Assembly (NCBI GenBank): GCA_964244895.1
Contig: CAXTKV010000056.1
Location: 1-25,067 of the forward strand
DNA from: an uncultured Deinococcales bacterium
GTDB taxonomy: Bacteria; Deinococcota; Deinococci; Deinococcales; JAAFIG01
Direction: 5' to 3'
DNA: 25,067 nt
The notes under the pieces were generated by a model that worked only from the letters and a program-made list of their open reading frames with translations, was not told the DNA's origin and did no database searches. Position 1 is the first letter of the stretch. The number at the start of each line of letters is the position of its first letter. Of this stretch, positions 1 to 9,272 are shown in pieces. A program made the translations under genes and the position numbers.

Positions 1-574
1 CGTCGGTGAAGACCACGATGTCCCCTCGCGCTTCTTCCAGCCCTCGGTTCCTGGCCCAGGATGCTCCGGGACGATCCTCGCGAAGGTAGTGAATCCGTCC
101 TCGAAACTGGTCATTGATCAGGCCAGCGACCGCATCCGTCCGGGGTGCGTTGTCTACGACGATCAACTCGAATTCGGGGTAGACCTGGTTCAAGACAGCC
201 TCGAGCGCTGGCGCGATGGCGGCGCGGTCCCGCGTGCAGATCACGACGGATATAAAGGGCTGCGCCCGATGGGCCAGTTTCGCGACCGGTACTTGGAGCG
301 GGTCGAGCCCGGTGGCCAGCAATCTCGACGGTGGACTCAACCCTTCGCGTGCACAATGGGTGGTGATCGCCGACTCGAGGCTGTCCCAGATGCGTCCGGC
401 GAGATCCTCCGGCTCGATGACCTCATCCGTTACGGCCACGCGTCCGATCGGGCAGCCCCCGATGGTGACCAGCAGCCATCCCTCAGAATAGGTGTGGTTG
501 CCCGAACCCAATTCGATACGAGGTAGGGCTCCCGTGATCTCGACATCCTCGAGCAGAATTCGTTCCATCGTCAT
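1..574 (-). CDS. Glycosyltransferase family 2 (3' end runs off the window)
   Basis: Not in the ORF track. Manual translation from ATG 574 (RBS GGGAGG 6 nt upstream) gives MTMERILLEDVEI...PFISVVICTRDR...ELIVVDNAP...GASWARNRGLEEARGDIVVFTD, the canonical GT-A/GT2 N-terminal motifs up to the DxD. Confidence 0.9.
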   Translation of the reverse strand, partial: MTMERILLEDVEITGALPRIELGSGNHTYSEGWLLVTIGGCPIGRVAVTDEVIEPEDLAGRIWDSLESAITTHCAREGLSPPSRLLATGLDPLQVPVAKLAHRAQPFISVVICTRDRAAIAPALEAVLNQVYPEFELIVVDNAPRTDAVAGLINDQFRGRIHYLREDRPGASWARNRGLEEARGDIVVFTD

Positions 575-600
575 ACACGACCTCCCGATTGGAACCCGCC

Positions 601-3147
601 TCAAGTGCTTCTGAGGCCGCTGATCGCCTGTGAGCGCGAGGGTTTGAGAAACGCCGACGGGCGGCGCGCCAACGCTTCTTTGAGGGCGCTCTGAACCACG
701 CGCCTGCTCCGGGCGCTGAAGCCGAACGTCACCAGATACCGGAACATCATCAAGCTCAGGCGAGCGAGCCAGAAGCCGCGCTCGTAGAGCTCCCAGGCAT
801 CGCTGTAGAGGATCATCCAGAGCTCGTTGCGGATCTCGAAAAAGGCCCGATCCCGAGGGTCAGCTTCCCAGAGATGCTTGGTCGATGCCAGGTGCACGAC
901 GCGACTCTCGGGAACCATCAGGCCGAAGCCGCGTCTCAGCAGCCGTCCGGTGAACTCGGTATCGTCGCGGTTGATGAAATACTCGGTCATCGGCAAGCCG
1001 AGGCGTTCGACATCGCGCAGGTTGATCAGCGTCGAAACGAAGGTCGTGGCGCGTATTGAGGTGCGCGATCCGCGCGCGCGCCACGGTGGCCGCCGTACGC
1101 CGCAGACGGGTTGAGAGACGGGATGGGGTCGGCCATCCGCATCGAGCACGAGGCTCGCGAGCACGCTCGGGCGCGGCTTGTGGGGGAACCGTTCGATGTT
1201 TTCGAGCAGGGCGCCGAGCGCCTCGCGCTCCGGAAAGCAGTCGTCATCCAACATCCAGACCCATTCGGCTCCCGATTGCACGGCGCGCTCGAGCCCCGCC
1301 GTGAAGCCGCCAGCCGATCCCAGATTCACCTCGAGCCGAACGACCTTCACCTGTGGAAACTCTTTGGCCAGGATCTGGTGCGTGCCGTCTTGGCTCGCGT
1401 TGTCAACGACAAAGATGCGCGTCGGTGGGCGCGACTGGTGCAGGACGGCCCGCAGGCACTGGCGAAGAAGGTCGATGCGGTTGTACGTCAAGATGACCGC
1501 GCAAACCTCCTCGGATCGTTCCATTGCCGTCGAACGGTTGACGACAGGAACCGAGGGCGCGCGCTTCTCGGCGACCCTGATGATCACAGGCAGGCACAAA
1601 AGACCTTCGAGCATCAACACCCCGGTCAGCCCGAGGCACAGACCTTCGAGGCCTCCGAGTCGCGCCCCGGTGGCGGCGGCCAGCAGCTCCAGGACTGAAC
1701 CGAGCGCGGCAAATCGGGCACCCTGGGCGACCCGCTGTTCGACCCGAGCGATCGCGATGGCGTGGGTCTTCAAGATTCCGGGCAGGAGGCCCAGCATCAG
1801 GATCTGAAGTGCGCCGGTATCCTGTGTGAATTTGGTTCCGAACACCGACAGGATCGGCTCGGCGGCGACGACCACAATCAGGATGTATAGCGCGCTCAAG
1901 GCGAGCGACGCCGAGAGACTCAATCGCAGCTGAGGCCCGAAGCGATCTGGCGCGCGTCGCGCGATGGCGTAGGTCACGTTGCTGAGCGCCTGCGGGATGA
2001 TCCAACCGGTCGATACGATCATCCAAGCGACGTAGAACGTCGCGTTGGTGGCCGTCGAGAGCAGCGCCGTCACCACCACCGGCAAGATATTGCCCGTGCC
2101 GAGCATGGCGACGTTGACGAAATGATGCCCGAGGGCCGCCCGTCGAAGGTTCCACATCACCGCAAAATTTGGGCGGACGCGCAGCGTAGGCGCATACAGC
2201 GCAAAAACGAACGCGAGCGACACCGTGACCCCGCCGATCCACGCCAGATAGATCGAGTGGTTGGCATCGCCCCGTGCGCCCAACGTCAAGACCAGGACGA
2301 CCAAGGCGACCCGCGCTAGCGCCGCCACGACGTTTCTCGCCAGCTGCTGTCCGCCGCGCATCAAGCCGATCAGCGCCTCGTCGATTACCACGCTGGCGGA
2401 GATCGCTCCCGAGCCGAGCGGCAAGGCCAGCCCCAGCAGCGGTTGAGACCAAAGCGGAGCGAACTCGCGCGAGACGAGCGGTGCAACGGCCACGAAGGCC
2501 GCGCCCAGCAACGTTCCCGCCCCGGCTCCAGTGATGGCTCCCGCCAGCGCGAACCGGGAGCGGGCTCTCTGGCGCGCCAGGTCGCCCATCAAGAGCGTGC
2601 CGTAGCCGAGCGTGCCCAGGTTGCCCAGCAACAGCGTCGCGGAGGCCAACGCCGACGCCAGCCCAACCGCTCCAGCGTTGGCTTGACGCGCTGAAAACCA
2701 CCAGAAGGCGAAGCCCAAACCCGACGACAGCACGGTGCTCGAGATGACCGCGCCTGCGGTCGCAAAAAATGGGGTCTCGCCGAGCGGCTTCAGCATTCGA
2801 CTCGCGTTTCTGGCCCGCCAGAGGGAGCGCAATCGCTCCCGCTCCTCGAAACCGATCGCCGCAATACAAACGGCGATGAGGGTGATCAAGATGAGATGAA
2901 CGGACCAATGGTGGGTGTAAACGAGCGCCAGCGCAAGCACCGTCTCGATCGCGAGGCTGGTCGGTACGGTGAGGGTCCAAACTTGCTCCGGACGCTCAAT
3001 CCTCAGCAGCCTCAGCACGGCCAGGCCGGGAAGGATCAACGCGAACAGCAGAGAAACCGCGACCCTCAGAGGGTTGGGGCCGCCGAGCATCTGCGCTCCA
3101 GCGACGGCCAGGCAGGAGGCGAGCACGGCGAGCGACCACCGATTCAT
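601..3147 (-). CDS. Fusion: N-terminal multi-TM segment + Wzx/MOP-like polysaccharide flippase + C-terminal GT2 domain
   Basis: Start set to ATG 3147 (MNRWSL; ATGA overlap with the upstream stop; 848 aa). It has ~4 TM at the N-terminus, a hydrophobic ~12-14 TM flippase-like middle (SGLGFAFWWFSAR, ILPVVVT...ATFYVAWMI), and a GT2 C-terminus (AVILTYNR, VVDNASQDGT, NLGSAGGF, WVWMLDDD, DDTEF). Confidence 0.8.
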   Translation of the reverse strand: MNRWSLAVLASCLAVAGAQMLGGPNPLRVAVSLLFALILPGLAVLRLLRIERPEQVWTLTVPTSLAIETVLALALVYTHHWSVHLILITLIAVCIAAIGFEERERLRSLWRARNASRMLKPLGETPFFATAGAVISSTVLSSGLGFAFWWFSARQANAGAVGLASALASATLLLGNLGTLGYGTLLMGDLARQRARSRFALAGAITGAGAGTLLGAAFVAVAPLVSREFAPLWSQPLLGLALPLGSGAISASVVIDEALIGLMRGGQQLARNVVAALARVALVVLVLTLGARGDANHSIYLAWIGGVTVSLAFVFALYAPTLRVRPNFAVMWNLRRAALGHHFVNVAMLGTGNILPVVVTALLSTATNATFYVAWMIVSTGWIIPQALSNVTYAIARRAPDRFGPQLRLSLSASLALSALYILIVVVAAEPILSVFGTKFTQDTGALQILMLGLLPGILKTHAIAIARVEQRVAQGARFAALGSVLELLAAATGARLGGLEGLCLGLTGVLMLEGLLCLPVIIRVAEKRAPSVPVVNRSTAMERSEEVCAVILTYNRIDLLRQCLRAVLHQSRPPTRIFVVDNASQDGTHQILAKEFPQVKVVRLEVNLGSAGGFTAGLERAVQSGAEWVWMLDDDCFPEREALGALLENIERFPHKPRPSVLASLVLDADGRPHPVSQPVCGVRRPPWRARGSRTSIRATTFVSTLINLRDVERLGLPMTEYFINRDDTEFTGRLLRRGFGLMVPESRVVHLASTKHLWEADPRDRAFFEIRNELWMILYSDAWELYERGFWLARLSLMMFRYLVTFGFSARSRRVVQSALKEALARRPSAFLKPSRSQAISGLRST

Positions 3148-5153
3148 TTCGACCTCGCGAGTGCCGGATTGTTGAAGATGTAAACCTCGATGCTCCCGTC
3201 GCGAGCGAACAGCCGCCAATCGCTCGAGGTTTTCACCGCCGTACCAAAGGTGGCGTATCGCTCCGGCGTCACGATGTCGCGGGCGGTGCGAAAGCTGGCC
3301 TCCTGGCTCGATAAGATCAGGTACGCCGCCGGTCGGCGCTCGCGAACGACCAGATCTTTGATGCTCGCTAAGTCCTGCGGGGCGAGTCTCCCGCCCACGT
3401 CGAGGTGGCGATCGAGCAGCGACACGATCGCATAGTTGGGATAGTCGCCCTTGAGCGGGTACGGCAGCGAGTACACGGAGACCCCCACGAAGGCCGCAGA
3501 TCGCGGCGCTTCTGAATAGAGACGCTCGGAAATGCGCACATTCTCGGGCAGGACGCGAGCAAGCCGCTCGTTGCCGTAGTAACTGGCGATGAAACCGATG
3601 GAAACGACCGCACTGACCACACCGAGCCCGATCGCGTGGCTTCTCGAGAGCCGCCGACCTTTGGGAATGGCGAGGTTGACGGCGAGCGCCACGGCGAACG
3701 GCAGCGAGAAAAAGTAGGCGCGCAGGATCATCTCGCCGCCATAGGCGTGAACCAGCTTCAGCGATAGCGGTGCGACGGCCAGCAGGCCCGCGCGGACGGG
3801 CGGATTGCCTTCGCGCGTCGCTTTAATGGCTCCGAGCAGGGCGCAACTCCAGACCAGCAAGGTCAGGTACTTCGGGAACGAGGCGGCGAGCGACTGTTGG
3901 CGATCGGTCGGGACGATCAGGCCGACGCCCGAGGCGAACATGTTCTTGACGATGTCCCCGAGCGAACCGCTCCAGTGCTGCGCGTCAGACATGAAGCCCG
4001 CAGCGCCCGTCACGGTCCAGACGATGATCAGGGCCACCAAGGCGATCGGTGCCCAAAAAAGCGAAGTTCGGCGCGTGACGGCGAGAGCCGCGAGCGAGAC
4101 GGTGAGCATGAACGGCGTCAGCTGGTGGGTCGCGACGATGGCCAACATCAACAGCACGACCAGCACCGCCATGCCGGGGTTTGCGCGCCCTGTGCCACCC
4201 AGGTCGCCCGAGTCCCGCCGCAAGAAGTCCGTTACGGTTGAATGCATGCGCCAGAATCGACCGCGCCGATGCGCATCGGCGACCAGAGGCCTGGCCGGGA
4301 AGCAGGACAGCACGATCGCCAGGGCTGTCAAGTCGAAAAGATAGCCGATGGCCTGTGGGGCAAAATAGTCTTGTGAGATCCAGGTCGTGAGGTAGAAGAA
4401 CCACGCACCGATCCAGGTCGCCCGGCGCGACCAGCCGCCAGAAGGACTCGGGAAGAGCGAGCCGAACACGGCCAGCAGCGGCCCCAGATACAACACGTTG
4501 AAAACGAGTTGACCGTAACGGGCGATGCCGATGGCGTCGGCGTAGCCCATCAACTCGGTTAAAAACGCGCTCAGGGCGAAAAACCCCGGCCAGTTGTGGT
4601 ACGCATCGACGCCGGGGTTGACCGCCCCGTTGAGCTGAATGAAGCTCGTTACACCGACGTGTTTGTACGACCACGGGAAGCGGGCGACCTCGTAAATAAA
4701 CGAAGGTGTGCCGTGCAGCACGAGAATCAGCGACACGATGTGAACCAGCCATGGCAGCCTCGAGCGCGGCGCATGAAAGACGAGAGCCGCAAAACTGAAC
4801 GACAAAGCGATCAGTGAGGCGAAAAAGGTCGTCGGGAGCGCCCCGACCAGCCCCACATCGGGGATATTCCGAACCTCGATGCGCGATAGGCTGGCGATCC
4901 ACAGCGCGAGCGCCACGGTCGGGCCGCCGTAGAGCCACCAAGATACCGATTGAACTACCGCCCGGTCGCCGGTGTTCGAGGGCAGGTATTCGTCGCTGAC
5001 CGAAGGGTCACGTAAGCCCTTCGGGGGGAGCGCCCGAGGTTGCGATGGGTGAACGCCTGCCCGCCGGGTTTCCGTCACGGTGCACCCATAGCGGTAGTTC
5101 CGTGCCAACCCTCGGCATGGCTGGCTGGCTGGCGGAGGAGCGGACTCGGACAC
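3144..5153 (-). CDS. Multi-pass membrane protein, GT-C / Wzy-like polymerase candidate
   Basis: About 13 hydrophobic segments with conserved-looking loops (WSYKHVGV, YHNWPGFF, WISQDYFAPQA, ATHQLTP, YGGEMILRAY) and a soluble C-terminal domain. It lies between GT2 genes and the flippase. The start codon is uncertain and may lie further downstream. Confidence 0.7.
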   Translation of the reverse strand: MSESAPPPASQPCRGLARNYRYGCTVTETRRAGVHPSQPRALPPKGLRDPSVSDEYLPSNTGDRAVVQSVSWWLYGGPTVALALWIASLSRIEVRNIPDVGLVGALPTTFFASLIALSFSFAALVFHAPRSRLPWLVHIVSLILVLHGTPSFIYEVARFPWSYKHVGVTSFIQLNGAVNPGVDAYHNWPGFFALSAFLTELMGYADAIGIARYGQLVFNVLYLGPLLAVFGSLFPSPSGGWSRRATWIGAWFFYLTTWISQDYFAPQAIGYLFDLTALAIVLSCFPARPLVADAHRRGRFWRMHSTVTDFLRRDSGDLGGTGRANPGMAVLVVLLMLAIVATHQLTPFMLTVSLAALAVTRRTSLFWAPIALVALIIVWTVTGAAGFMSDAQHWSGSLGDIVKNMFASGVGLIVPTDRQQSLAASFPKYLTLLVWSCALLGAIKATREGNPPVRAGLLAVAPLSLKLVHAYGGEMILRAYFFSLPFAVALAVNLAIPKGRRLSRSHAIGLGVVSAVVSIGFIASYYGNERLARVLPENVRISERLYSEAPRSAAFVGVSVYSLPYPLKGDYPNYAIVSLLDRHLDVGGRLAPQDLASIKDLVVRERRPAAYLILSSQEASFRTARDIVTPERYATFGTAVKTSSDWRLFARDGSIEVYIFNNPALARSK

Positions 5154-5241
5154 ATGGCGATCGCTCGCAATTTCGACCGACGTGCCACGACGCGTGAATG
5201 TTTACGCGCAGTCGCGTTACGGTGCGCTCGCGGAACCGACT

Positions 5242-6204
5242 TCACAGCCGGATCCGGATTGCGCCGACGCAGTACCCGCTGACGGTAAAGGCTAGACCTG
5301 CGACAATCGCAGCAGCTCGGGCCAAGCCGCCCAAATTCCGGTCTCGAAGCGTGGACTGGAGTCCGCGCACGACCCCTTGCGGCAGGGTGCGCGCGGCGTG
5401 CGCGCGCTCCGAGGCAAGCCCGCGCTGCTGCCCGACGCGCCCGGCGATGATCGCCTTTGAAATGCCCTCGGCGAAACAGCGCGATCGAAAATACGACCAC
5501 TGCGTTCGATCGGCGGTAACGGTGTGAGAGACGCAGGCGGCGGGCTCGTAGACCAGCACAAAGTCAGGGCAGAGGGCTGCGAGTCGAATGCAAAAATCCG
5601 TCTCCTCGCCGCTCAATGGTATGGTGCCGACCCGTCCGAGGCCGACGTGGAAGTCGAGTTCATCGAAGACGCGCCGCCGAAATGACATGTTCGCCCCGAT
5701 CAGGTTGCGCACGTCCGATCGCGTTTCGGGCATGCCTCGATAGGTGCAGCCGATCACCCACCAGAACTCTTCCGGAAACCAGTTCGGGCGCGCGCTGCGC
5801 CAGTTCGGTCGAATCTTGCCGCCCGCGCCGATGGTTCGCGGGTCGCTGTAGGTCTGGGCGAGGTTGGCGAGCCAGTCGGGATCCGCAGCGGCGTCGTCGT
5901 CGAGGAAAGCGATCACCTCGCCGCTTGCCTCCTGGACGCCGCTGTTGCGCGCGCCCGAGAGCCCTTTCGTTTCACGATTTGCGATCACCGTCGCGCCGGG
6001 GAAGGCTTCCTCGGCGCGCCGGAAGAGCTCCTCATTGTGGTCGATGACGAGGATCACCTCGCGTCGAGGGTACGTCTGCGCGACGAGCGAGCGGTAGGCG
6101 GCGACGAGTTCGTCCCAACGGCGCTCGGTGTAGGCGCAGACCACCACCGAGACGAGGCTCGTGAATCGCGTCGGGTCGGCGGCTGCAGATTCCGGTACTT
6201 GCAT
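5242..6204 (-). CDS. Glycosyltransferase family 2
   Basis: SVVVCAYT, LVIDHN, GLSGARNSG, AFLDDDA (DxD), GANMSFRR, GEETDFC. Start placed at ATG 6204 (GGGAG 9 nt upstream). Confidence 0.92.
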   Translation of the reverse strand: MQVPESAAADPTRFTSLVSVVVCAYTERRWDELVAAYRSLVAQTYPRREVILVIDHNEELFRRAEEAFPGATVIANRETKGLSGARNSGVQEASGEVIAFLDDDAAADPDWLANLAQTYSDPRTIGAGGKIRPNWRSARPNWFPEEFWWVIGCTYRGMPETRSDVRNLIGANMSFRRRVFDELDFHVGLGRVGTIPLSGEETDFCIRLAALCPDFVLVYEPAACVSHTVTADRTQWSYFRSRCFAEGISKAIIAGRVGQQRGLASERAHAARTLPQGVVRGLQSTLRDRNLGGLARAAAIVAGLAFTVSGYCVGAIRIRL

Positions 6205-6287
6205 CTTCACGGGCTCCCGATCACGGATCAATGCGCTGGTTCATCCAGCACGGAGCGTCGAGGCTTTCGTTCGGCAGTCTCGACGCG

Positions 6288-7073
6288 CTAACTTGGTTCC
6301 GCGCTGTGCGCGACCGGGAGCGTCGAATTGCGGCTGAAGCGCTCGCGGAAAATCGTTTTCAGCACCCTCCAGCCATCGGGGAAGGTTCGCAGATTGCTCT
6401 CGCCGTGGATGCGCTCGGTCTCGAAACTGTGCACCTCGACGATTTTGAGCCCGCAGCGCAGCGCCCGGACGTTCATCAAGGTTTCGATTTCGAAACCGTC
6501 GCAGTCGAGATCGAGCTGCGGCAGGACGTCCGCCCAAAAGGCGTTGTAGCCGTAGCACAGGTCTGTAAAGCGACCACCGAAAAGCATTCGAACCAGTCCG
6601 GTCAGCCCCATGTTGCCCCAATAACGCAAGTTGGTCATGTCGGAGGTTCCCGCACCTTGCAGGAAGCGCGATCCTTTGACGAAGTCCGCGCCGTTGCGCA
6701 GGTGTCGAACAAAGGCCCCGATCTCTTGAGGATCGGTCGAACCATCCGCGTCGAGCATGACGATGATGTCCCCGCTGGCGGCGCTAAACCCTGCCCGCAG
6801 TGCATTCCCTTTGCCGCGCCCCTCTTGCTTGACGATTCGGGTATCGGGTCTCAGCGCCAGCGCGATCGCCACCGTGTCGTCACTCGAGTTGCCGTCGACC
6901 AGGATCAGCTCGTCGACCCAAGACGGAATGCGCGGGAAGACGTGGGGCAAGTTCTTAGCTTCGTTTTTGGCGGGGATGATCACGCTGATCCGAGCCGACT
7001 TGCTTCGTTCTTCGAATCGAGGGTTGCTGGCACTGATCGGAAACGCGTTTACCGTTCCAATGTTCGTCGTCAT
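6288..7073 (-). CDS. GT2, polyprenol-phosphate glycosyltransferase (DPM1/GtrB-like)
   Basis: ISVIIPAKNEA, VDGNSSDDT, GKGNAL, MLDADGS, VKGSRF, TDLCYGY, GFEIET, R.HGESN. RBS GGGGG upstream. Confidence 0.92.
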   Translation of the reverse strand: MTTNIGTVNAFPISASNPRFEERSKSARISVIIPAKNEAKNLPHVFPRIPSWVDELILVDGNSSDDTVAIALALRPDTRIVKQEGRGKGNALRAGFSAASGDIIVMLDADGSTDPQEIGAFVRHLRNGADFVKGSRFLQGAGTSDMTNLRYWGNMGLTGLVRMLFGGRFTDLCYGYNAFWADVLPQLDLDCDGFEIETLMNVRALRCGLKIVEVHSFETERIHGESNLRTFPDGWRVLKTIFRERFSRNSTLPVAHSAEPS

Positions 7074-7801
7074 GGTCGTCCCCCTGCGCTGCGTGAGTCG
7101 TGGTGACCGAGTGGTTTCGACGCGTGTTGGGAAATCACCTTCGGGTCAAAGTTTGAAACGACGAACTCCCCGAAGTTGGTACCGGATTGGTCGGTGCCCG
7201 CCAACTGTTGCCGGCAGGTGCGTGAGTACCGAAAAGATGGACGATGCGACGGCCAGACCTGAGCGCGGATCAATGCGGTGCGCCCCTCGTGCGCTCGAAA
7301 CGACGATGCCTTCCGATGTCGTTCATTGCAGGGGCATCGGTCAATCCCTCCTGTTTCAGTAATTGTCGGATACGGTGAGTAGAAAGTGAGTAATGTGGGG
7401 GAATTGGTACGGTACGATCGAGCCAAAAACATGTGCCATCGCGGGGGGCTGACCGAGGGAATCCGATCAACTTGGGTTGGCGCATTTTGCGTTTGATGCT
7501 GGCATCATTATTTTGACGACGGCATGAATATTCAGGCGAAGACTCAGATTTTGCATCCTGCAACCGTTTCGCGCGAATGGTTTAAAAACGTTCATTATCG
7601 CGGAAGTGGTTTCTCGGAGTTTCGTGAATAATGCTGCAAACTCCAAATATGTGAGGATGCATGACCCTGAGGAACGATTAAGGCCGCACGTCTTTGACGC
7701 TCAAGATACCGATCGCTTTCGGCTCCGTTTTGATCGCTCCGCAACCGTACTGGCCCTCGTCTCCGAATCTTGGCTGTACGAGGCGAACGTCTACGAGTCG
7801 A

Positions 7802-9184
7802 TCAACGGGCGTTCGCTACGAGGCGAACTTCGTAGGGTTGAAGGCTGAAGCGCTTCGCCCCAAGGGCGACCCTGATCGCGCTAACCCTGGTGTTGATCAG
7901 CAAAACGGCGTCCTCAGAAGCCAGCACTTCGAGGCTGCCCAAACTGGCCCTCGCGCCGACCAACGGCGTGCCGGGTGAAAACTGTTCGCGAAAGATTCGA
8001 TAGACTGCGTAGGCGAGGAGCGGCTGCCCTCCACCGCTCCGGTGCGTGTTCGTAAACCAATTCTGACGATTCTGGGTTGGCTGCCCAGAATCCATCTGCT
8101 GCTCCGGCGACCAGCGGAGCGAAACGCTGAGGCCCGCCTCGAGTTCGTGCTTGAGCATCGAGGCCAGGGCCGCCGCCTGAAAGGCTTCTGAAGGCTCGTC
8201 CGACTTGCCCTCGTACCAGACGTTGTCCTCCGCCATCCAAATCGGCTCGGCGCGGTAGCCCGGCAAGCGTTGAATCTGGCGTACGACCTCACCGAAGAGC
8301 GGCGTCAGCCGCATCAAGTCCGCTTCGCTGTATCGGAAGGCATCTGTTCGGGTCGTCACCGAGCGGTCGACGGCGATGAAATCCGCACCGGTCTTGTAGC
8401 GCATCCAATAGGCCAGCACGTCCCGGTCGCGTTGGGTGATCGGGCTGGCCGTCTCGATTGTCTGCGGGAAGCCGAGCCGATCAGCTGCACCACTGCCCTC
8501 GATTACGAGGTACGGGCCTCCGATTTTTGCATCCGGTCGCACCGCTTTCACGGCGGTCCAGACTTTGTTGTAGAGCCTGGTGTAGCGCACGAAATCCCAG
8601 GTCGAGGCTCCGGCGTTCCACATTCCCTTGAATTCGTTCCAAACCTGAAAGTAGGCCACGTCCCTGTAGCGCCGCGCGACCTCGGCGCACAGGCGGGCGA
8701 AGTCGTCCTCGCGCTCCTGAAGCGGCGCCCATTCGAGCTTGCTCCAGTCAGTGCCGCTGCGCCAGTTCGGATCGACCATCCAGGTCGGGGCGCAACAGAG
8801 CGTCAGCACCAGCCGTCCGCCAGTTTCGCGCATCAGCCGCACGCGCTGGTCGAGGCTCTCCCACGACCACTGCGAGGGCGAGGCGAGTCTCGGGTCGGGC
8901 CAAGGATCGTTGGCACCGAAACCCATGATGTGCTGGTTCTGAAATACGGCACCTGCGCGCAGCAACTCGCGAGCGCGCGCCACCGCCTGCGGGTCGCCGT
9001 CCGGGTTGGCGCTGGCCTGCATGTGCGTCACCCCGACCTCGAGGTGGCTCGTGCCGATCACCTGAGATCGATCTATGGAAACGACGACCTCCGATGGTTC
9101 GAATTGGGTAAACAACGAAGTGCAGGCGGCGAGCAGCAATCCACCGGCAGCCATGGCGATGCGGTTCCATAGACCTCGGATCAT
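7802..9184 (-). CDS. Lipoprotein glycoside hydrolase, GH39-like (clan GH-A)
   Basis: Lipobox LLLAAC after MIRGLWNR (start 9184). WESLDQRV, TLCCAPTWM, acid/base FQVWNEFKG, KIGGP, candidate nucleophile PIWMAE, and a C-terminal beta domain (LQPYEVR). Confidence 0.8.
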   Translation of the reverse strand: MIRGLWNRIAMAAGGLLLAACTSLFTQFEPSEVVVSIDRSQVIGTSHLEVGVTHMQASANPDGDPQAVARARELLRAGAVFQNQHIMGFGANDPWPDPRLASPSQWSWESLDQRVRLMRETGGRLVLTLCCAPTWMVDPNWRSGTDWSKLEWAPLQEREDDFARLCAEVARRYRDVAYFQVWNEFKGMWNAGASTWDFVRYTRLYNKVWTAVKAVRPDAKIGGPYLVIEGSGAADRLGFPQTIETASPITQRDRDVLAYWMRYKTGADFIAVDRSVTTRTDAFRYSEADLMRLTPLFGEVVRQIQRLPGYRAEPIWMAEDNVWYEGKSDEPSEAFQAAALASMLKHELEAGLSVSLRWSPEQQMDSGQPTQNRQNWFTNTHRSGGGQPLLAYAVYRIFREQFSPGTPLVGARASLGSLEVLASEDAVLLINTRVSAIRVALGAKRFSLQPYEVRLVANAR

Positions 9185-9272
9185 GGGTTTAGCATGCTCG
9201 AGCTTCGCCGCTGTCACCGTGACGAATATCCACGAATCCGCACGCTGAAGGTATTCACGCGCTAGCCGGGGC

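Noticed and set aside
1403..2980. Long alternative-frame and antisense ORFs (e.g. 1403-2980, 14468-15853, 19221-20522, 6231-7106)
   Set aside because: They overlap well-supported genes, are Arg/Ala/Pro-rich and have no motifs. They are typical high-GC shadow ORFs.
7070..7432. 120-aa ORF whose stop overlaps the GT2 start
   Set aside because: No RBS, atypical composition and no recognisable motif. The ATGA overlap can arise by chance.
7777..7828. 12-bp direct repeat TACGAGGCGAAC (7777, 7817) across the GH39 stop
   Set aside because: Only two exact copies 40 bp apart. Most likely a small local duplication, with no evidence of an att site or array.
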